DNA of 64,000 bases, taken from contig DASYZL010000006.1 of NCBI GenBank assembly GCA_035946335.1, positions 1,772 to 65,771 of the forward strand, written 5' to 3'. Source of the stretch: Patescibacteria group bacterium (lineage in GTDB: Bacteria > Patescibacteriota > Microgenomatia > Levybacterales > UBA12049). The notes below the pieces were generated by a model, which saw only the letters and a program-made list of their open reading frames with translations, did no database searches and was not told the origin of the DNA. A program made the translations under genes and the position numbers. Below, in pieces: positions 29,037-39,840 of the stretch. Position 1 is the first letter of the stretch; each line of letters begins with the position of its first letter.

Positions 29037-30422
29037 CTAAGTTAATCTTTTCAGTATTTCTTCTTTAGGTATACTTTCAAGATATTCAGGAAGTGGTAAA
29101 CCTACATCCCTTCCTGTTAGTAATCGGTAAACGGTATTCATTTTTATTCCATGCTTTTTTAAAATGCCACGCAAGGCTTCTAAAATATCCTCACTTTTCC
29201 AGGCTGATAACTTTTCGAAAGTTTGTTTTATATCTTTTACGATCAACGTATCGCTATCCGTAAAAGCAATAGGAATAGAAACAACCAATTCTCTAAATTC
29301 CTTGAGCGTTTTCATTCTTGTCTGTGCAAGTAAAACAAGCGCTTCACCATTTTGACTTTGTAAAATTGTCAGAACTTCTTTATCATCTTTATAGAATACT
29401 TCTAGTTTTTTCATTAGCTGTTTTATTTGCACATGCTGAATATAGTATCCGTTCATCCAAGTGAGTTTCTGTCTATCAAACGAAACGAGGTCAGTTTTAT
29501 GAATTTTCTTAACATCGAAGTCCCTGACAAACTCTTCAGTTGTATATATTTCTTTGTCTGTTCCGGGATTCCATCCCAACAGCATAAGGAAATTGACTGT
29601 TGCTTCCGGCAAGTACCCTTCGTCCAAAAACTCTCTCGCTGCAACCGGCCCAAACCGTTTGGAAAGTTTTTTCGTTTCTCCCTTTTCCTTCAAATTCGGC
29701 AAATGAATATATACCGGTAATTCCCAGCCAAATGCATTATAGAGAATAACATGTTTTGGCGTCGATGGAATCCAATCATTTCCCCGCATAACGTGGGTTA
29801 TTTCCATCAAGTGGTCATCAACGACAACGCCCAAATGGTATGTTGGAAAACCATCTGATTTCAGAAGCACTTGATCATCAATATCGTTAGAGCTTACTTG
29901 TACATCACCAAAAACCTCATCATGAAAACTGATTGTTTTATCAGGGATAACATTCAGACGAATCACATATGGTATATTTTCCTGCAGCTTTTTTTCTACC
30001 GCTTCGGGAGTCAACATTAGGCAGTGTTTATCATATTTTGTTGCGGTGATTCCTTTCGCTCTCTGCTCATCTCGCATCTTCTCAAGTCTTTCAACGGTAC
30101 AAAAACAATAGTATGCTGCTTTTTTTGCAACTAACTCCAGTGCATATTTTTTATATATTTCCAGCCGTTCTGATTGCATATACGGTCCATATGCTCCTCC
30201 AACCCTCGGCCCTTCGTCCCAAGTAAACCCATAGTCGATAATAATATCGAGGATTTTATCCATTGCGCCTTCAATGTATCGCACTCTGTCAGTATCCTCA
30301 ATGCGGATAATAAATTTTCCCTCATGTTTTTTCGCAAATGCCCAATTATATAAGACTGTACGGATATGTCCAATGTGATATTCGCCTGTGGGACTGGGAG
30401 CCATTCTTGTGCGAACTGTCAT
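29037..30422 (-). CDS. gltX: glutamate--tRNA ligase
   Basis: RMAPSPTG, HIGH, RIEDTD, KLSKR. Confidence 0.97.
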   Translation of the reverse strand: MTVRTRMAPSPTGEYHIGHIRTVLYNWAFAKKHEGKFIIRIEDTDRVRYIEGAMDKILDIIIDYGFTWDEGPRVGGAYGPYMQSERLEIYKKYALELVAKKAAYYCFCTVERLEKMRDEQRAKGITATKYDKHCLMLTPEAVEKKLQENIPYVIRLNVIPDKTISFHDEVFGDVQVSSNDIDDQVLLKSDGFPTYHLGVVVDDHLMEITHVMRGNDWIPSTPKHVILYNAFGWELPVYIHLPNLKEKGETKKLSKRFGPVAAREFLDEGYLPEATVNFLMLLGWNPGTDKEIYTTEEFVRDFDVKKIHKTDLVSFDRQKLTWMNGYYIQHVQIKQLMKKLEVFYKDDKEVLTILQSQNGEALVLLAQTRMKTLKEFRELVVSIPIAFTDSDTLIVKDIKQTFEKLSAWKSEDILEALRGILKKHGIKMNTVYRLLTGRDVGLPLPEYLESIPKEEILKRLT

Positions 30423-30489
30423 ACGATTTTACTGCAATGCTTGCTTTCTCACCTTGCATTGTAGCGAAAAATGCTTCTATACTCAAGGT

Positions 30490-31542
30490 ATGGCAACATT
30501 AACGCAGGTCGCTTCGTCGACCCGAAAAATCCTTACTATTTCTATCCTGCTACTTATCGGATTTGCTGTGGTACTATTTCTCTTCAATGTTGCTATTAAT
30601 GTTAAAAATTCTCTCTATCCTACACCACCCACACCACCAACAGTTACGTATGGTAAATTGCCCGCAATTCTTTTTCCTCAAAGTATAAATGTACAAAAAC
30701 TTTCTTATACGCTCAATACCCTCACCGGCAATTTACCCTCACTTCCTGACCGCGTCGCGGTTAATCAAATTGCACAACCGCAAGCAACGCTATTAGATTT
30801 ACAAAATACGCAAAATCTTGTCACACAAATCGGCTATGTACTATCATCTCAAAGACAATTGAACGAAACACTCTACCAATGGACAAACACCGATGATCTT
30901 CCTAAAACAATTACCATGGATACGACAACAAAAGATTTCACCATTAATTCAAGTTATCCTACTGATCTGAATGTAGCAAACGCATATAACCTCCCGGGGA
31001 AATCAGGAGCAATTACCGTGTCTCAAACATTCCTGGAAAATTTCCTGGGAAACCTTCCTTCGGATATTGATAACAGCAAAACAACTGCATCATTTTTTAC
31101 GATAAATAACAGCGGGCTTGTACCGGCAACAAGTTTTTCCGGCACGAAGATTGTACGTGTTGATTTTTTTCAAAAAAACATGAATAGCCTCCCTATTTTT
31201 TATCCCTATGCTGGTGAGTCGCTGATGAATATATTAATAGGAGGTGGCAGCAGCTTGGCCCAAATAGTAAACGCACAGTTTGTCCATAAAACAATTCTTT
31301 CTGACAACGCAACGTATCCAATAAAAACCTCACAAGTTGCTTACCAGGATTTGCAAAACGGCAATGCATATATTGCATCTCTTGATTTCGGAGTAACATC
31401 AGTAACTATCCGCAATGTCCTCCTAGGCTATTACATAGGTGATTTTAACGAACAATATCTAATGCCAATTATAGTATTTGAAGGAGACAACAATTTTGTT
31501 GCTTATGTTTCTGCGATTACGGATGGATGGATAAGTAAGTGA
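30490..31542 (+). CDS. membrane-anchored hypothetical protein
   Basis: TM followed by PTPPTPPT..YGKLP; long ORF; TATACT 6 nt upstream of ATG. Confidence 0.8.
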   Translation: MATLTQVASSTRKILTISILLLIGFAVVLFLFNVAINVKNSLYPTPPTPPTVTYGKLPAILFPQSINVQKLSYTLNTLTGNLPSLPDRVAVNQIAQPQATLLDLQNTQNLVTQIGYVLSSQRQLNETLYQWTNTDDLPKTITMDTTTKDFTINSSYPTDLNVANAYNLPGKSGAITVSQTFLENFLGNLPSDIDNSKTTASFFTINNSGLVPATSFSGTKIVRVDFFQKNMNSLPIFYPYAGESLMNILIGGGSSLAQIVNAQFVHKTILSDNATYPIKTSQVAYQDLQNGNAYIASLDFGVTSVTIRNVLLGYYIGDFNEQYLMPIIVFEGDNNFVAYVSAITDGWISK

Positions 31543-32614
31543 CATTGTCGGTAATAAGTAATAATAATTTTTCTGTATCGGAAAATCTGTCGTTGCTCTT
31601 CATAATGACCAGAATGTATTGATGGGTATGTTGAACAGCAGATGTAACCAATACCTCACCTGCTTCATCTGTTGTACCGGTTTTTACCCCATTCACTCCC
31701 TCATACCCAAGTAATTGATTCAGATTTTTAATCGGATAAACATCTCCCTGAAGAGAAAAAATAGTCTTTATTTTTGTGTCAACAATGCGGGAAAGCAACG
31801 TATTTTGCATAACATGTGATGCAATGATTGCTAGATCATGAGGTGACGTATAATCACCATCATCTTCCAGTCCTGCCGGATCAATAAAATGAGTATCAAA
31901 TAAGCCAAACAACGTAACATTTTCGTCCATTTTTTTCACAAATGCATCAATCCCTCCGGGATAATTGTCAGCTATTGCATCAGCTGCATCATTGGCTGAA
32001 GGCAAAAACATAGCATAGAGTAAATCAATAAAATGGAACTGTTCCCCTTTGTAGAAATGCAACCCTGATCCTTCAACATAATTCCGTTGCACGGTTAATA
32101 TAGCTTGCGGCTTAAAATAAGCGAGCGCTGTTAATGCAGTCATCATTTTTGTAGTTGAGGCAGGCGAAAAACGAACTGACGCATTTTTTGTAAAAATCGG
32201 TACCCCTGAAGTTATGTCCAATACATATGCACCATTTGCAGAAACCTGCGGAATAAATGCATTACTTACTACCGGATACGAGGCGAAGTTGAAAGCTGGA
32301 AAGGGATCTGGAAGAGGAGTATTGACTTGTGCTTGCTGCTGGAGTATTTTCGTTACAAGAAAAAGCAATATCGCAAGACTAACGCAAAAAAAACAAAAAA
32401 TTTTCCCAACAACATGCGTACTACTAATGTACCCTTTTCTTATGTGAATAAAACGAGAATCTTTGCTGACACTTTGGGCAGATGGAGTATCATTTTTTAC
32501 CTGTTTCTTTTTTTCGTTTTGCTCTTGGTGTTTTACCGTTTCTTTTTGTATGACTGTCTTTTGCTTATTATGTGTCTTTTTGTTGAGCGGCTTGTTTTTT
32601 CTGGTGAATTGCAT
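31517..32614 (-). CDS. D-alanyl-D-alanine carboxypeptidase (peptidase S11)
   Basis: ASTTK (SxxK), SAN, KTG motifs; TM anchor. Confidence 0.93.
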   Translation of the reverse strand: MQFTRKNKPLNKKTHNKQKTVIQKETVKHQEQNEKKKQVKNDTPSAQSVSKDSRFIHIRKGYISSTHVVGKIFCFFCVSLAILLFLVTKILQQQAQVNTPLPDPFPAFNFASYPVVSNAFIPQVSANGAYVLDITSGVPIFTKNASVRFSPASTTKMMTALTALAYFKPQAILTVQRNYVEGSGLHFYKGEQFHFIDLLYAMFLPSANDAADAIADNYPGGIDAFVKKMDENVTLFGLFDTHFIDPAGLEDDGDYTSPHDLAIIASHVMQNTLLSRIVDTKIKTIFSLQGDVYPIKNLNQLLGYEGVNGVKTGTTDEAGEVLVTSAVQHTHQYILVIMKSNDRFSDTEKLLLLITDNVTYLSIHP

Positions 32615-32660
32615 GTTTTTATTGTAGAAGATATGCAAGGCATTGTCATGAATTGATTTA

Positions 32661-34016
32661 TTATTTCTCGATTACTGCAAACCGTTCATCAATTCGCTCC
32701 ATATCGCGGGGGAACATACTTGCTTCCCGGATATTAGAAAGGCCTAAAATTTGCATAGTAATCCGTTCAGCACCAAAAGCAAATCCCCCTTCAGGCGGTG
32801 CGCCATATTTAAATGCTTCCAGAAACATCTCGATATTTTTCTCATGCAATCCCCATTCCTTCACATGCCGCATCAGTTGTTCGTAATCGTTAATGCGTCT
32901 TCCCCCAGATAACCATTCAACCCCCCGACAAAGTAAATCCATTCCTTCATTGAATGCGGGATTTTCCTTTGAAGGGTATACATAAAATTTATGTTGCTTT
33001 GACGGATAACCATAAATAAAAACCAGATCTGATCCCGTTTCTTTTTTGATGATTGCGCAAATTTCCCGCTCATCTTCCGGATTTAAATCTTTTTCTTTTC
33101 TGTTATCTCTTCCTGAATGTTCAAAGATTTTTTGCTGTGCTTCCCGCAGGGTCAATGCCGGTGTTTTGTCTATCACTGAGGGTAACGTTGCCTGAAAAAG
33201 TAACAACTCTTTTTTACATTCTTTTTCTAATCTTTGAAAGATGTGACGGATTACACCCTCTGCCAGTTCTTTTACATCAATCCATGACTCAATAAATCCC
33301 ATTTCAGCATCAAGCGACACAACCTCTGTTAAGTGACGGGTTGTCATACTTGGTTCTGCGCGGAATATTTTATTAACGGAGAAAACGCGCTCAAATGCTG
33401 TCATAACTATTTGTTTATATAGCTGCGGACTTTGTGTCAAAAATGCATCATGTCCGAAATAGTCAATATGGAATACCTCTGCACCTCCTTCTGCGACAAC
33501 CGGCGCAATGGAAGGAGCCTGAAATTCAAAAAAATCCTGAGATTTGAGATACTCACGAAATGCATCAATAACAACTGCCTGCACTTTAAATATTGCCTGC
33601 ACCTTTGGGTGACGTAACGTAAGGCCACGATGATCTAAAAGTGTTGGCAATTCGAGATTAAGTGACTCATTTTCTATGTCAAACGGAAGCGGTGCTGCCT
33701 TCGCAAGAATGGTCAGCTTTGTTGCCTCCAGTTCTATCGTACCAGAGATAATTTTTGGATTTACTAGTTTTTCCGGACGTTTCTTCACTGTCCCCTCAAT
33801 GACAACCACAAATTCGCTTCGTAACTCCTGTGCTGTGTCATATGCTTCCTGAGAAACCTGCGGGTTAAAGATAACTTGTAGTAAGCCTGACCTGTCACGA
33901 AGATCAATAAAAATGAGTTTTCCATGGTTACGTCTCACGTGCACCCATCCTTTAATAAGAACAACTTCTCCTGTTTTTTGCGAAGTTTCCCTGACTAATG
34001 TTCGTTGCATAACCAT
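32661..34016 (-). CDS. aspS: aspartate--tRNA ligase, short archaeal-like (probably non-discriminating) type
   Basis: OB fold GWV..R..GKLIFIDLRD, LTQSPQLYKQ, FRAE, PPEGGFAFGAER; no bacterial GAD insert. Confidence 0.9.
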   Translation of the reverse strand: MVMQRTLVRETSQKTGEVVLIKGWVHVRRNHGKLIFIDLRDRSGLLQVIFNPQVSQEAYDTAQELRSEFVVVIEGTVKKRPEKLVNPKIISGTIELEATKLTILAKAAPLPFDIENESLNLELPTLLDHRGLTLRHPKVQAIFKVQAVVIDAFREYLKSQDFFEFQAPSIAPVVAEGGAEVFHIDYFGHDAFLTQSPQLYKQIVMTAFERVFSVNKIFRAEPSMTTRHLTEVVSLDAEMGFIESWIDVKELAEGVIRHIFQRLEKECKKELLLFQATLPSVIDKTPALTLREAQQKIFEHSGRDNRKEKDLNPEDEREICAIIKKETGSDLVFIYGYPSKQHKFYVYPSKENPAFNEGMDLLCRGVEWLSGGRRINDYEQLMRHVKEWGLHEKNIEMFLEAFKYGAPPEGGFAFGAERITMQILGLSNIREASMFPRDMERIDERFAVIEK

Positions 34017-34041
34017 CGTATTGTACCTTGTATCAAAATAC

Positions 34042-34204
34042 TTGACAAGTGTATAAGGATTTTGTAAGATAATCTCTGTCAATATGAAATTTACTTGGTG
34101 CACATCTAACGGACGATACGTCTCTCTTATTATGTAAGAGGGAGATTTTGCGTTAAGCACTAGCAAATTGCACAATCTCCCTAAGAAATGAGGGAGATTT
34201 TTTT
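34042..34204 (+). promoter_or_regulatory. promoter + leader peptide + attenuator
   Basis: TTGACA-17-TAAGAT; ORF 34084-34137 MKFTWCTSNGRYVSLIM; alternative hairpins and a T-tailed terminator at 34174-34204. Confidence 0.65.
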
Positions 34205-34226
34205 ATGAGAAACGGAGGTGAACAAT

Positions 34227-34538
34227 ATGGAAAAAGATTTGACACAAGTTGCAAGACTTGAAGTTGATGCTATAAACATGAGCAGAAAGCCTTTATATTT
34301 AAGAGCGGAAGAATTATTCTATAATACCACAGGATTACCCTTGGTTAGGCCGCCTGGGTTGGATGTTGATAATATGACATATCCTGCGACTGATACTGGA
34401 GTACCGACGAAAACGATGTATATCGGTGAAGTTCCACACGTAAGACCAGATGGAATACTACTGCTGCCTAAAGCAAAATATCGGGAACCAGTACCAGATA
34501 GACGCACTGCGCAAACTTTGAAACATGTTGTTGGATAA
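34227..34538 (+). CDS. hypothetical protein (103 aa)
   Basis: SD GGAGGTGA before ATG 34227; hairpin at 34554-34577 downstream. Confidence 0.65.
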   Translation: MEKDLTQVARLEVDAINMSRKPLYLRAEELFYNTTGLPLVRPPGLDVDNMTYPATDTGVPTKTMYIGEVPHVRPDGILLLPKAKYREPVPDRRTAQTLKHVVG

Positions 34539-34574
34539 GTCTTTTATTCAATCATAGGGAGAAAATTTTTCTCC

Positions 34575-36227
34575 CTATGATTTATTTTGAACTTTTATAT
34601 CCTTAACCCTCAACTGTAAGCTCTTTTTTCCATTCCACTTGTTTTCATTAATTGTGTATGCGATTGATATCATGTCTCCCTTTTTTATTGCTTCACCAAT
34701 TTCTCCCATCCCAAACGCAATTGCATCAATTGCATAAGGTAACTTATGCTGACTCACCTTTAATTTCAAATGTTTTTTTCCGTTTCCAATGAGTATACTA
34801 TCTTTTACGACAACGTCACTGACAAATACTGGCTCTTTATTTCCCATGCCAAATGGCGCAAGCTGGTGTATTTCGTCAAACAACTCCTGTGAAACGAGTT
34901 GGAGGGGAATAACACAGTCAATAACAAGTTCCCGGTCTAGTTGCCCATCAGTCAGCTGCCCATCAGCAAGTATTTCGTAATGTTGTTGAAGAGTAACAAG
35001 ATTTTCCGTTGCAACGGTAAATCCTGCTGCCATCGGATGCCCTCCGGCATTAATCAGTAAATGTTCTGCTGTTCTGATAAATTCGATAATATTAAATCCC
35101 GCAACTGACCGTGCAGACCCCTTGCTGATTTTCAACCCTTTTGCAACAATGATTGTGGGACGGTAAAATGCTTCAACCATTTTTCCCGCAACAAGTCCGA
35201 TAATCCCTTCATCATAGCTTTCGTCAGATAGAAAAAGCAGTTTTTTCTTCTCAGTCATTTGAAATACACTATTTCTTGCCCCGTCGCTAGTTACTTGTGT
35301 CAAAAGTTGACGCTCTCTATTTGTGGTGTCCAGTTTTAATGCTAATGCTTTCGCGCGTTGTGCATTTCTCGTGCACAATAACCGCAAGCTGTCCATTGCT
35401 GAAGCTATCCGACCCATTGCATTCAGCCTAGGAGCAATAACATGACCGATTTCATAGACACCAATGTTTTCCGTTTTGATTTGTGCTTCCTGAAAAAGTG
35501 CAAGCAAACCAGGTCGCTTTGTTTTTTGTAATTCCTGTAAACCATAGGTCAGCAAAATTCTATTTGTACCGGTTAGCGGTACCAAATCTGCAACAGTTGC
35601 AAGTGCAATAAGAGAAAGGTGATCATTTGGTTTATCATCCTGCACTTTCTTCAGAATTTCCTTGCATACTATCCATGCCACTCCTGCTCCGCATAACTTT
35701 GTTGTGTGAAGAATTGCATATGCTTGCGGCACTTTTTCAGAGGGTAAATGGTGATCAGTAATGATAATATCTATATTTTTTTCGTTCGCAAAGTTGACTG
35801 CTTCATGCGCAACAATGCCATTGTCAACGGTAATAATACATGTTGCTTTAGGATAAGTTTTCAATAGATTTTCAATACCCTTTACCGACAATCCATATCC
35901 TTCATCAGTTCTATTGGGAATATATGGGTGAACCTGATAGCCTAATCCATGTAACGTTTCCCATACAATTGCGGTTGCGGTAACTCCGTCAACATCGTAA
36001 TCACCATAAATAATAATAGTTTCATTTCTCTCCTTTGCACTATCGAGTCGTTTTAACAAGCTTATAAGTTGTTTATTATCAATACCAACTGATTCAAGTG
36101 TTACCTCTGCAAGGTTTGGGTGAAGAAATGCATCAATTGCTTGTTGGGTAATCCCTCTATTTGCTAAAAGTGTATGAAAAATATTTTTTCTATCTTCCAG
36201 CTCATGCAGTATCCTCCATTTCTTCAT
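34575..36227 (-). CDS. recJ: ssDNA exonuclease RecJ
   Basis: YGDYDVDG, TVDNG, TDHH, PRLNAMGR, GGHPMAAG. Confidence 0.97.
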   Translation of the reverse strand: MKKWRILHELEDRKNIFHTLLANRGITQQAIDAFLHPNLAEVTLESVGIDNKQLISLLKRLDSAKERNETIIIYGDYDVDGVTATAIVWETLHGLGYQVHPYIPNRTDEGYGLSVKGIENLLKTYPKATCIITVDNGIVAHEAVNFANEKNIDIIITDHHLPSEKVPQAYAILHTTKLCGAGVAWIVCKEILKKVQDDKPNDHLSLIALATVADLVPLTGTNRILLTYGLQELQKTKRPGLLALFQEAQIKTENIGVYEIGHVIAPRLNAMGRIASAMDSLRLLCTRNAQRAKALALKLDTTNRERQLLTQVTSDGARNSVFQMTEKKKLLFLSDESYDEGIIGLVAGKMVEAFYRPTIIVAKGLKISKGSARSVAGFNIIEFIRTAEHLLINAGGHPMAAGFTVATENLVTLQQHYEILADGQLTDGQLDRELVIDCVIPLQLVSQELFDEIHQLAPFGMGNKEPVFVSDVVVKDSILIGNGKKHLKLKVSQHKLPYAIDAIAFGMGEIGEAIKKGDMISIAYTINENKWNGKKSLQLRVKDIKVQNKS

Positions 36228-36248
36228 GTTATAATTCTAGCAGAGATT

Positions 36249-36680
36249 ATGAAAAAAGGAATTGACTATGTTGGTGTCGGTATTGGAGCAGTCATCGTTA
36301 GGGATGGGAAAATTTTTCTCTCAAAACGTGGAAAAAAAGCAAAAAATGAGGTTGGAAAATGGGAGTGTCCCGGGGGAGGATTGGAATTCGGAGAACAGTT
36401 TGAGGATTGTATTAAGCGGGAAATCAAGGAAGAATTTGACTGCGAGATTCAACCACTTGAAATGGTAGAACCGGTTAACCATCTTATTCCCGAAGAAAAT
36501 CAGCACTGGGTAGCACTTGCATATATTTGCAAATTGACAAATGGAGAACCGAAGATCGCAGAACCCGAAAAGTCAGAGGCAATAGGCTGGTTTACTATAA
36601 GTGAAATGGAAACTATGTCACTCACTTTGGCAACGAAAGAAAGACTGAGGCAAATGAAAGAAAGGATAAAACACGTATGA
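36249..36680 (+). CDS. NUDIX hydrolase
   Basis: GGGLEFGEQFEDCIKREIKEE. Confidence 0.92.
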   Translation: MKKGIDYVGVGIGAVIVRDGKIFLSKRGKKAKNEVGKWECPGGGLEFGEQFEDCIKREIKEEFDCEIQPLEMVEPVNHLIPEENQHWVALAYICKLTNGEPKIAEPEKSEAIGWFTISEMETMSLTLATKERLRQMKERIKHV

Positions 36681-38050
36681 TAAATGCAATTCCGCCGGAA
36701 ATACTCTCAATTTATGAAACATTACAGACCGCAGGATTTTCCGTTTATTTTGTCGGCGGTTGTGTGAGAAACATGCTTTTAAAAAGGGAGGTAAATGACT
36801 GGGATATGACAACTTCAGCTACCCCACAGGAAACAGTGAAACTTTTTCAGGATTGTTTTTATAACAACACATTTGGAACGGTCGGCGTACCAGTTTTCCT
36901 TCAGGAGAAAAAACGTGTTATTGAAATAACCACCTTCCGTACAGAACAGCATTATGCAGATAATCGCCATCCACAAAACGTGCGATGGGGAACATCCATC
37001 GAAGAAGACCTGGAAAGACGAGACTTTACCATTAATGCAATTGCATTGCATATTCAGAATCGTGAGGAAAAGCTTATTGACCCCTTCCATGGACAAAAGG
37101 ATTTAGAAAATAAAATCATTCGCTCAGTCGGAAATCCAAATAAACGATTTAAAGAAGATGCGCTTCGCCTCATGCGGGCAATCCGTTTTGCAACAGCGCT
37201 GTCCTTTACTATTGAGGAAAACACCTGGAAGGCATTGCAGGAGGATGCAAAGCTTCTGCAAAACATTTCTACCGAGCGAATCAGGGAAGAACTCCTCAAG
37301 ATCCTGGCAAGCGATTATCCCTATGAAGGCATCATGATGCTGAGAAATGCAAATCTACTACAGAGCATAATACCCGAATTATTAGAAGGTATTGGCATTT
37401 CGCAAGAACGGCCTGGAAGGCATCATACTGAAGATGTGTTTACCCATAATGTATTGTCTTTGAAATTCTGTCCATCCAAGGACCCGATTGTACGATTTGC
37501 AACCCTGATTCACGATATCGGCAAGCCCCGTGTTGCTTCGAGTGACACAAATGGTCTGGTTATCTTTTATAACCATGAGGTTATCGGCGCACAATTTGCC
37601 TATGAAATAACCAACAGGTTACACTTTTCCAAAAAAGACCGGGAAAAAATTGTCAAACTCATCAGGTGGCACATGTTTTCTGTTGATGAACACATAACTG
37701 ATGCCGCTGTACGACGATTCATCAGACGGATTGGTGTAGATACAGTAAAAGATATCATTGATTTGCGTATTGGTGATCGGCTTGGCAGCGGTATTCCTGA
37801 GGAACGGGCAGAAAGCTGGCGACTAAAATTATTTAAAGATCGTGTTGAAAAAGAGCTACAACCCGCCCCGTTTTCAATAAATGATTTGGCGATTGATGGA
37901 AATGACGTTATGAAAGAACTCAATATGAAGCCAGGAAGAAGAATCGGCGAATTGCTACAGAAGTTATTTGAAGAGGTAGATGAAGATATGAGCAAAAATA
38001 CGAAAGCATATTTATTGCAAAGAGTGAAAGAGATAGAAGTTACACAATAG
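36677..38050 (+). CDS. cca: CCA-adding tRNA nucleotidyltransferase with HD domain
   Basis: VGGCVR, DWD, RRDFTINA, EDALRLMRA, HDIGKP. Confidence 0.92.
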   Translation: MINAIPPEILSIYETLQTAGFSVYFVGGCVRNMLLKREVNDWDMTTSATPQETVKLFQDCFYNNTFGTVGVPVFLQEKKRVIEITTFRTEQHYADNRHPQNVRWGTSIEEDLERRDFTINAIALHIQNREEKLIDPFHGQKDLENKIIRSVGNPNKRFKEDALRLMRAIRFATALSFTIEENTWKALQEDAKLLQNISTERIREELLKILASDYPYEGIMMLRNANLLQSIIPELLEGIGISQERPGRHHTEDVFTHNVLSLKFCPSKDPIVRFATLIHDIGKPRVASSDTNGLVIFYNHEVIGAQFAYEITNRLHFSKKDREKIVKLIRWHMFSVDEHITDAAVRRFIRRIGVDTVKDIIDLRIGDRLGSGIPEERAESWRLKLFKDRVEKELQPAPFSINDLAIDGNDVMKELNMKPGRRIGELLQKLFEEVDEDMSKNTKAYLLQRVKEIEVTQ

Positions 38051-38061
38051 AGTTTAACAAG

Positions 38062-38841
38062 TTATTCTGGCAAAAGTAACCTTCCCCTCATATTTTGAAT
38101 ATACTGCATTCGAAGGAATAATGCATCAGATGCACCTGAACGTTGATTATGTGGATCTTTAGACACATTTGTTGGAGTAAATAACTGAAATGAAGGCCTT
38201 ACAGGAATATAGTTATGTTCTTTCATCCAAGAGGGTATATATAACTCAGACGTGTACTCTTCTGCGAGTGGCTTATGAAATAACCCTCCTTTCAGGATTT
38301 CTTTTGGAAATCTGATAGCCAACTGTACATTATTAAATAAATTTCTCCAAAAAGGGTTTATATCAGATTTACCATTCTCTTCAGTCCACATAAGATGGCA
38401 TCGTCTCAATTCATCTGTGTCAACATCTGCTTTGATATAGAATAAAGATTTCTTATTTCCTATTGCAGAAAATCGAACTCGAAGAGGTATGTCTAACCCG
38501 GTATCCAACTGGACAGTGTGAAAATATTCTTTCTGGTTATATGGTTTCTCCTGAAATTCTTTATCCATATGTGGAAACACAATAAACTCTTTACCAAATT
38601 GCTTAAAACGTGTTTCTTCCGAAGTAGACAAGAGATCGCTTAGGTAGACTGAAGAAGCACTTTTTTGTAAAATTCGACCCGTTTGTTGAAGTACTATCTC
38701 TCGTTCTGCTACTGCTTCTGGGTCTGGATCTAGGGGGATTCCTGGAAAATTTGAATGTTCTAGTTGGATAAGTAAATCTCTCCAAGATTGTCCGGGTAAT
38801 TCATTGTCGTTCATAATATTATTTTCATCTTCTCTACTCAT
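38062..38841 (-). CDS. hypothetical protein
   Basis: long ORF, no recognised motif. Confidence 0.6.
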   Translation of the reverse strand: MSREDENNIMNDNELPGQSWRDLLIQLEHSNFPGIPLDPDPEAVAEREIVLQQTGRILQKSASSVYLSDLLSTSEETRFKQFGKEFIVFPHMDKEFQEKPYNQKEYFHTVQLDTGLDIPLRVRFSAIGNKKSLFYIKADVDTDELRRCHLMWTEENGKSDINPFWRNLFNNVQLAIRFPKEILKGGLFHKPLAEEYTSELYIPSWMKEHNYIPVRPSFQLFTPTNVSKDPHNQRSGASDALFLRMQYIQNMRGRLLLPE

Positions 38842-38895
38842 GGCTGGATTATACAACACTCTCCATATTTTTTCATTTTATGCTATACTCCTCTC

Positions 38896-39351
38896 ATGTT
38901 GGGTTGTATCTTTTGTAAAATCGTTTCAGGAAAATTTGAAAGTGCAACGGTGTGGGAAAACGATGATTTTGTTGCACTACTGGATATTAATCCGAATACC
39001 AAAGGCATGACGCTCGTTGTTTCAAAAGAGCATTATGATTCCTATGCAGTGGACATGGACGATGAAATGTATGGAAAGTTTTTTTTCGCCGCAAAGGAAG
39101 TATCAAAAATGCTTGAAAAGGGACTTGGTGTACAACGGGTTGCAATAGTGATGGAGGGACTGGGTATTAACCATGCACATATTAAATTATACCCAATTCA
39201 CGGTCTGAGTAAAAAATTTGAAGCATTCTGGAATAATGAAACAGTATATTTTGATAAATATCAGGGATATATTTCGACACAGGTTGGACCAAAGAAAGAA
39301 ATGATGGAACTAAAAAAATTGGCAAAGGAAATTCAGGAAAAGAGCAAATAA
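38896..39351 (+). CDS. HIT family protein
   Basis: CIFCKIV, LDINP, HAHIKL (variant HIT motif). Confidence 0.9.
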   Translation: MLGCIFCKIVSGKFESATVWENDDFVALLDINPNTKGMTLVVSKEHYDSYAVDMDDEMYGKFFFAAKEVSKMLEKGLGVQRVAIVMEGLGINHAHIKLYPIHGLSKKFEAFWNNETVYFDKYQGYISTQVGPKKEMMELKKLAKEIQEKSK

Positions 39352-39355
39352 TTAT

Positions 39356-39808
39356 ATGCTAAAACAACAACTGAGAGACCAACTGAAAGCATCGATGCTG
39401 GCAAAAGATACGCTGAAAACATCAGTACTCCGTATGCTCCTCTCTGCTATTACCTATTATGAAATCCAAAAAGGCGGGGCCGGGTATGAAGCGAGTGATG
39501 ACGATGTATTATCTGTCATTGACAAACAAGTCAAACAACGGAAAGACAGTATTGAAAGCTTTGAAAAGGCAAATAGACAGGATTTAGCAGACAAAGAAAA
39601 AAAGGAAATGGAACTTTTACAAGTTTATTTGCCAACTCAAATGTCAGAAGATGCAATCAAAAAACTCGTGGAAGATGCGATTGCAAAAACAAATGCTTCA
39701 TCCCAACAGGATATGGGGAAAGTAATGGGAGTTTTGATGCCCCAAGTCAAAGGAAAAGCAGATGGCAGTCTCGTAAGTAAAATTGTGAAAGAGAATCTTA
39801 CTCAGTAA
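39356..39808 (+). CDS. GatB/YqeY domain protein
   Basis: KQRKDSIESF, YLP.Q, DMGKVMG, GKADG. Confidence 0.93.
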   Translation: MLKQQLRDQLKASMLAKDTLKTSVLRMLLSAITYYEIQKGGAGYEASDDDVLSVIDKQVKQRKDSIESFEKANRQDLADKEKKEMELLQVYLPTQMSEDAIKKLVEDAIAKTNASSQQDMGKVMGVLMPQVKGKADGSLVSKIVKENLTQ

Positions 39809-39840
39809 CATACTACATTGATAAACTAATCGAGATTTTT

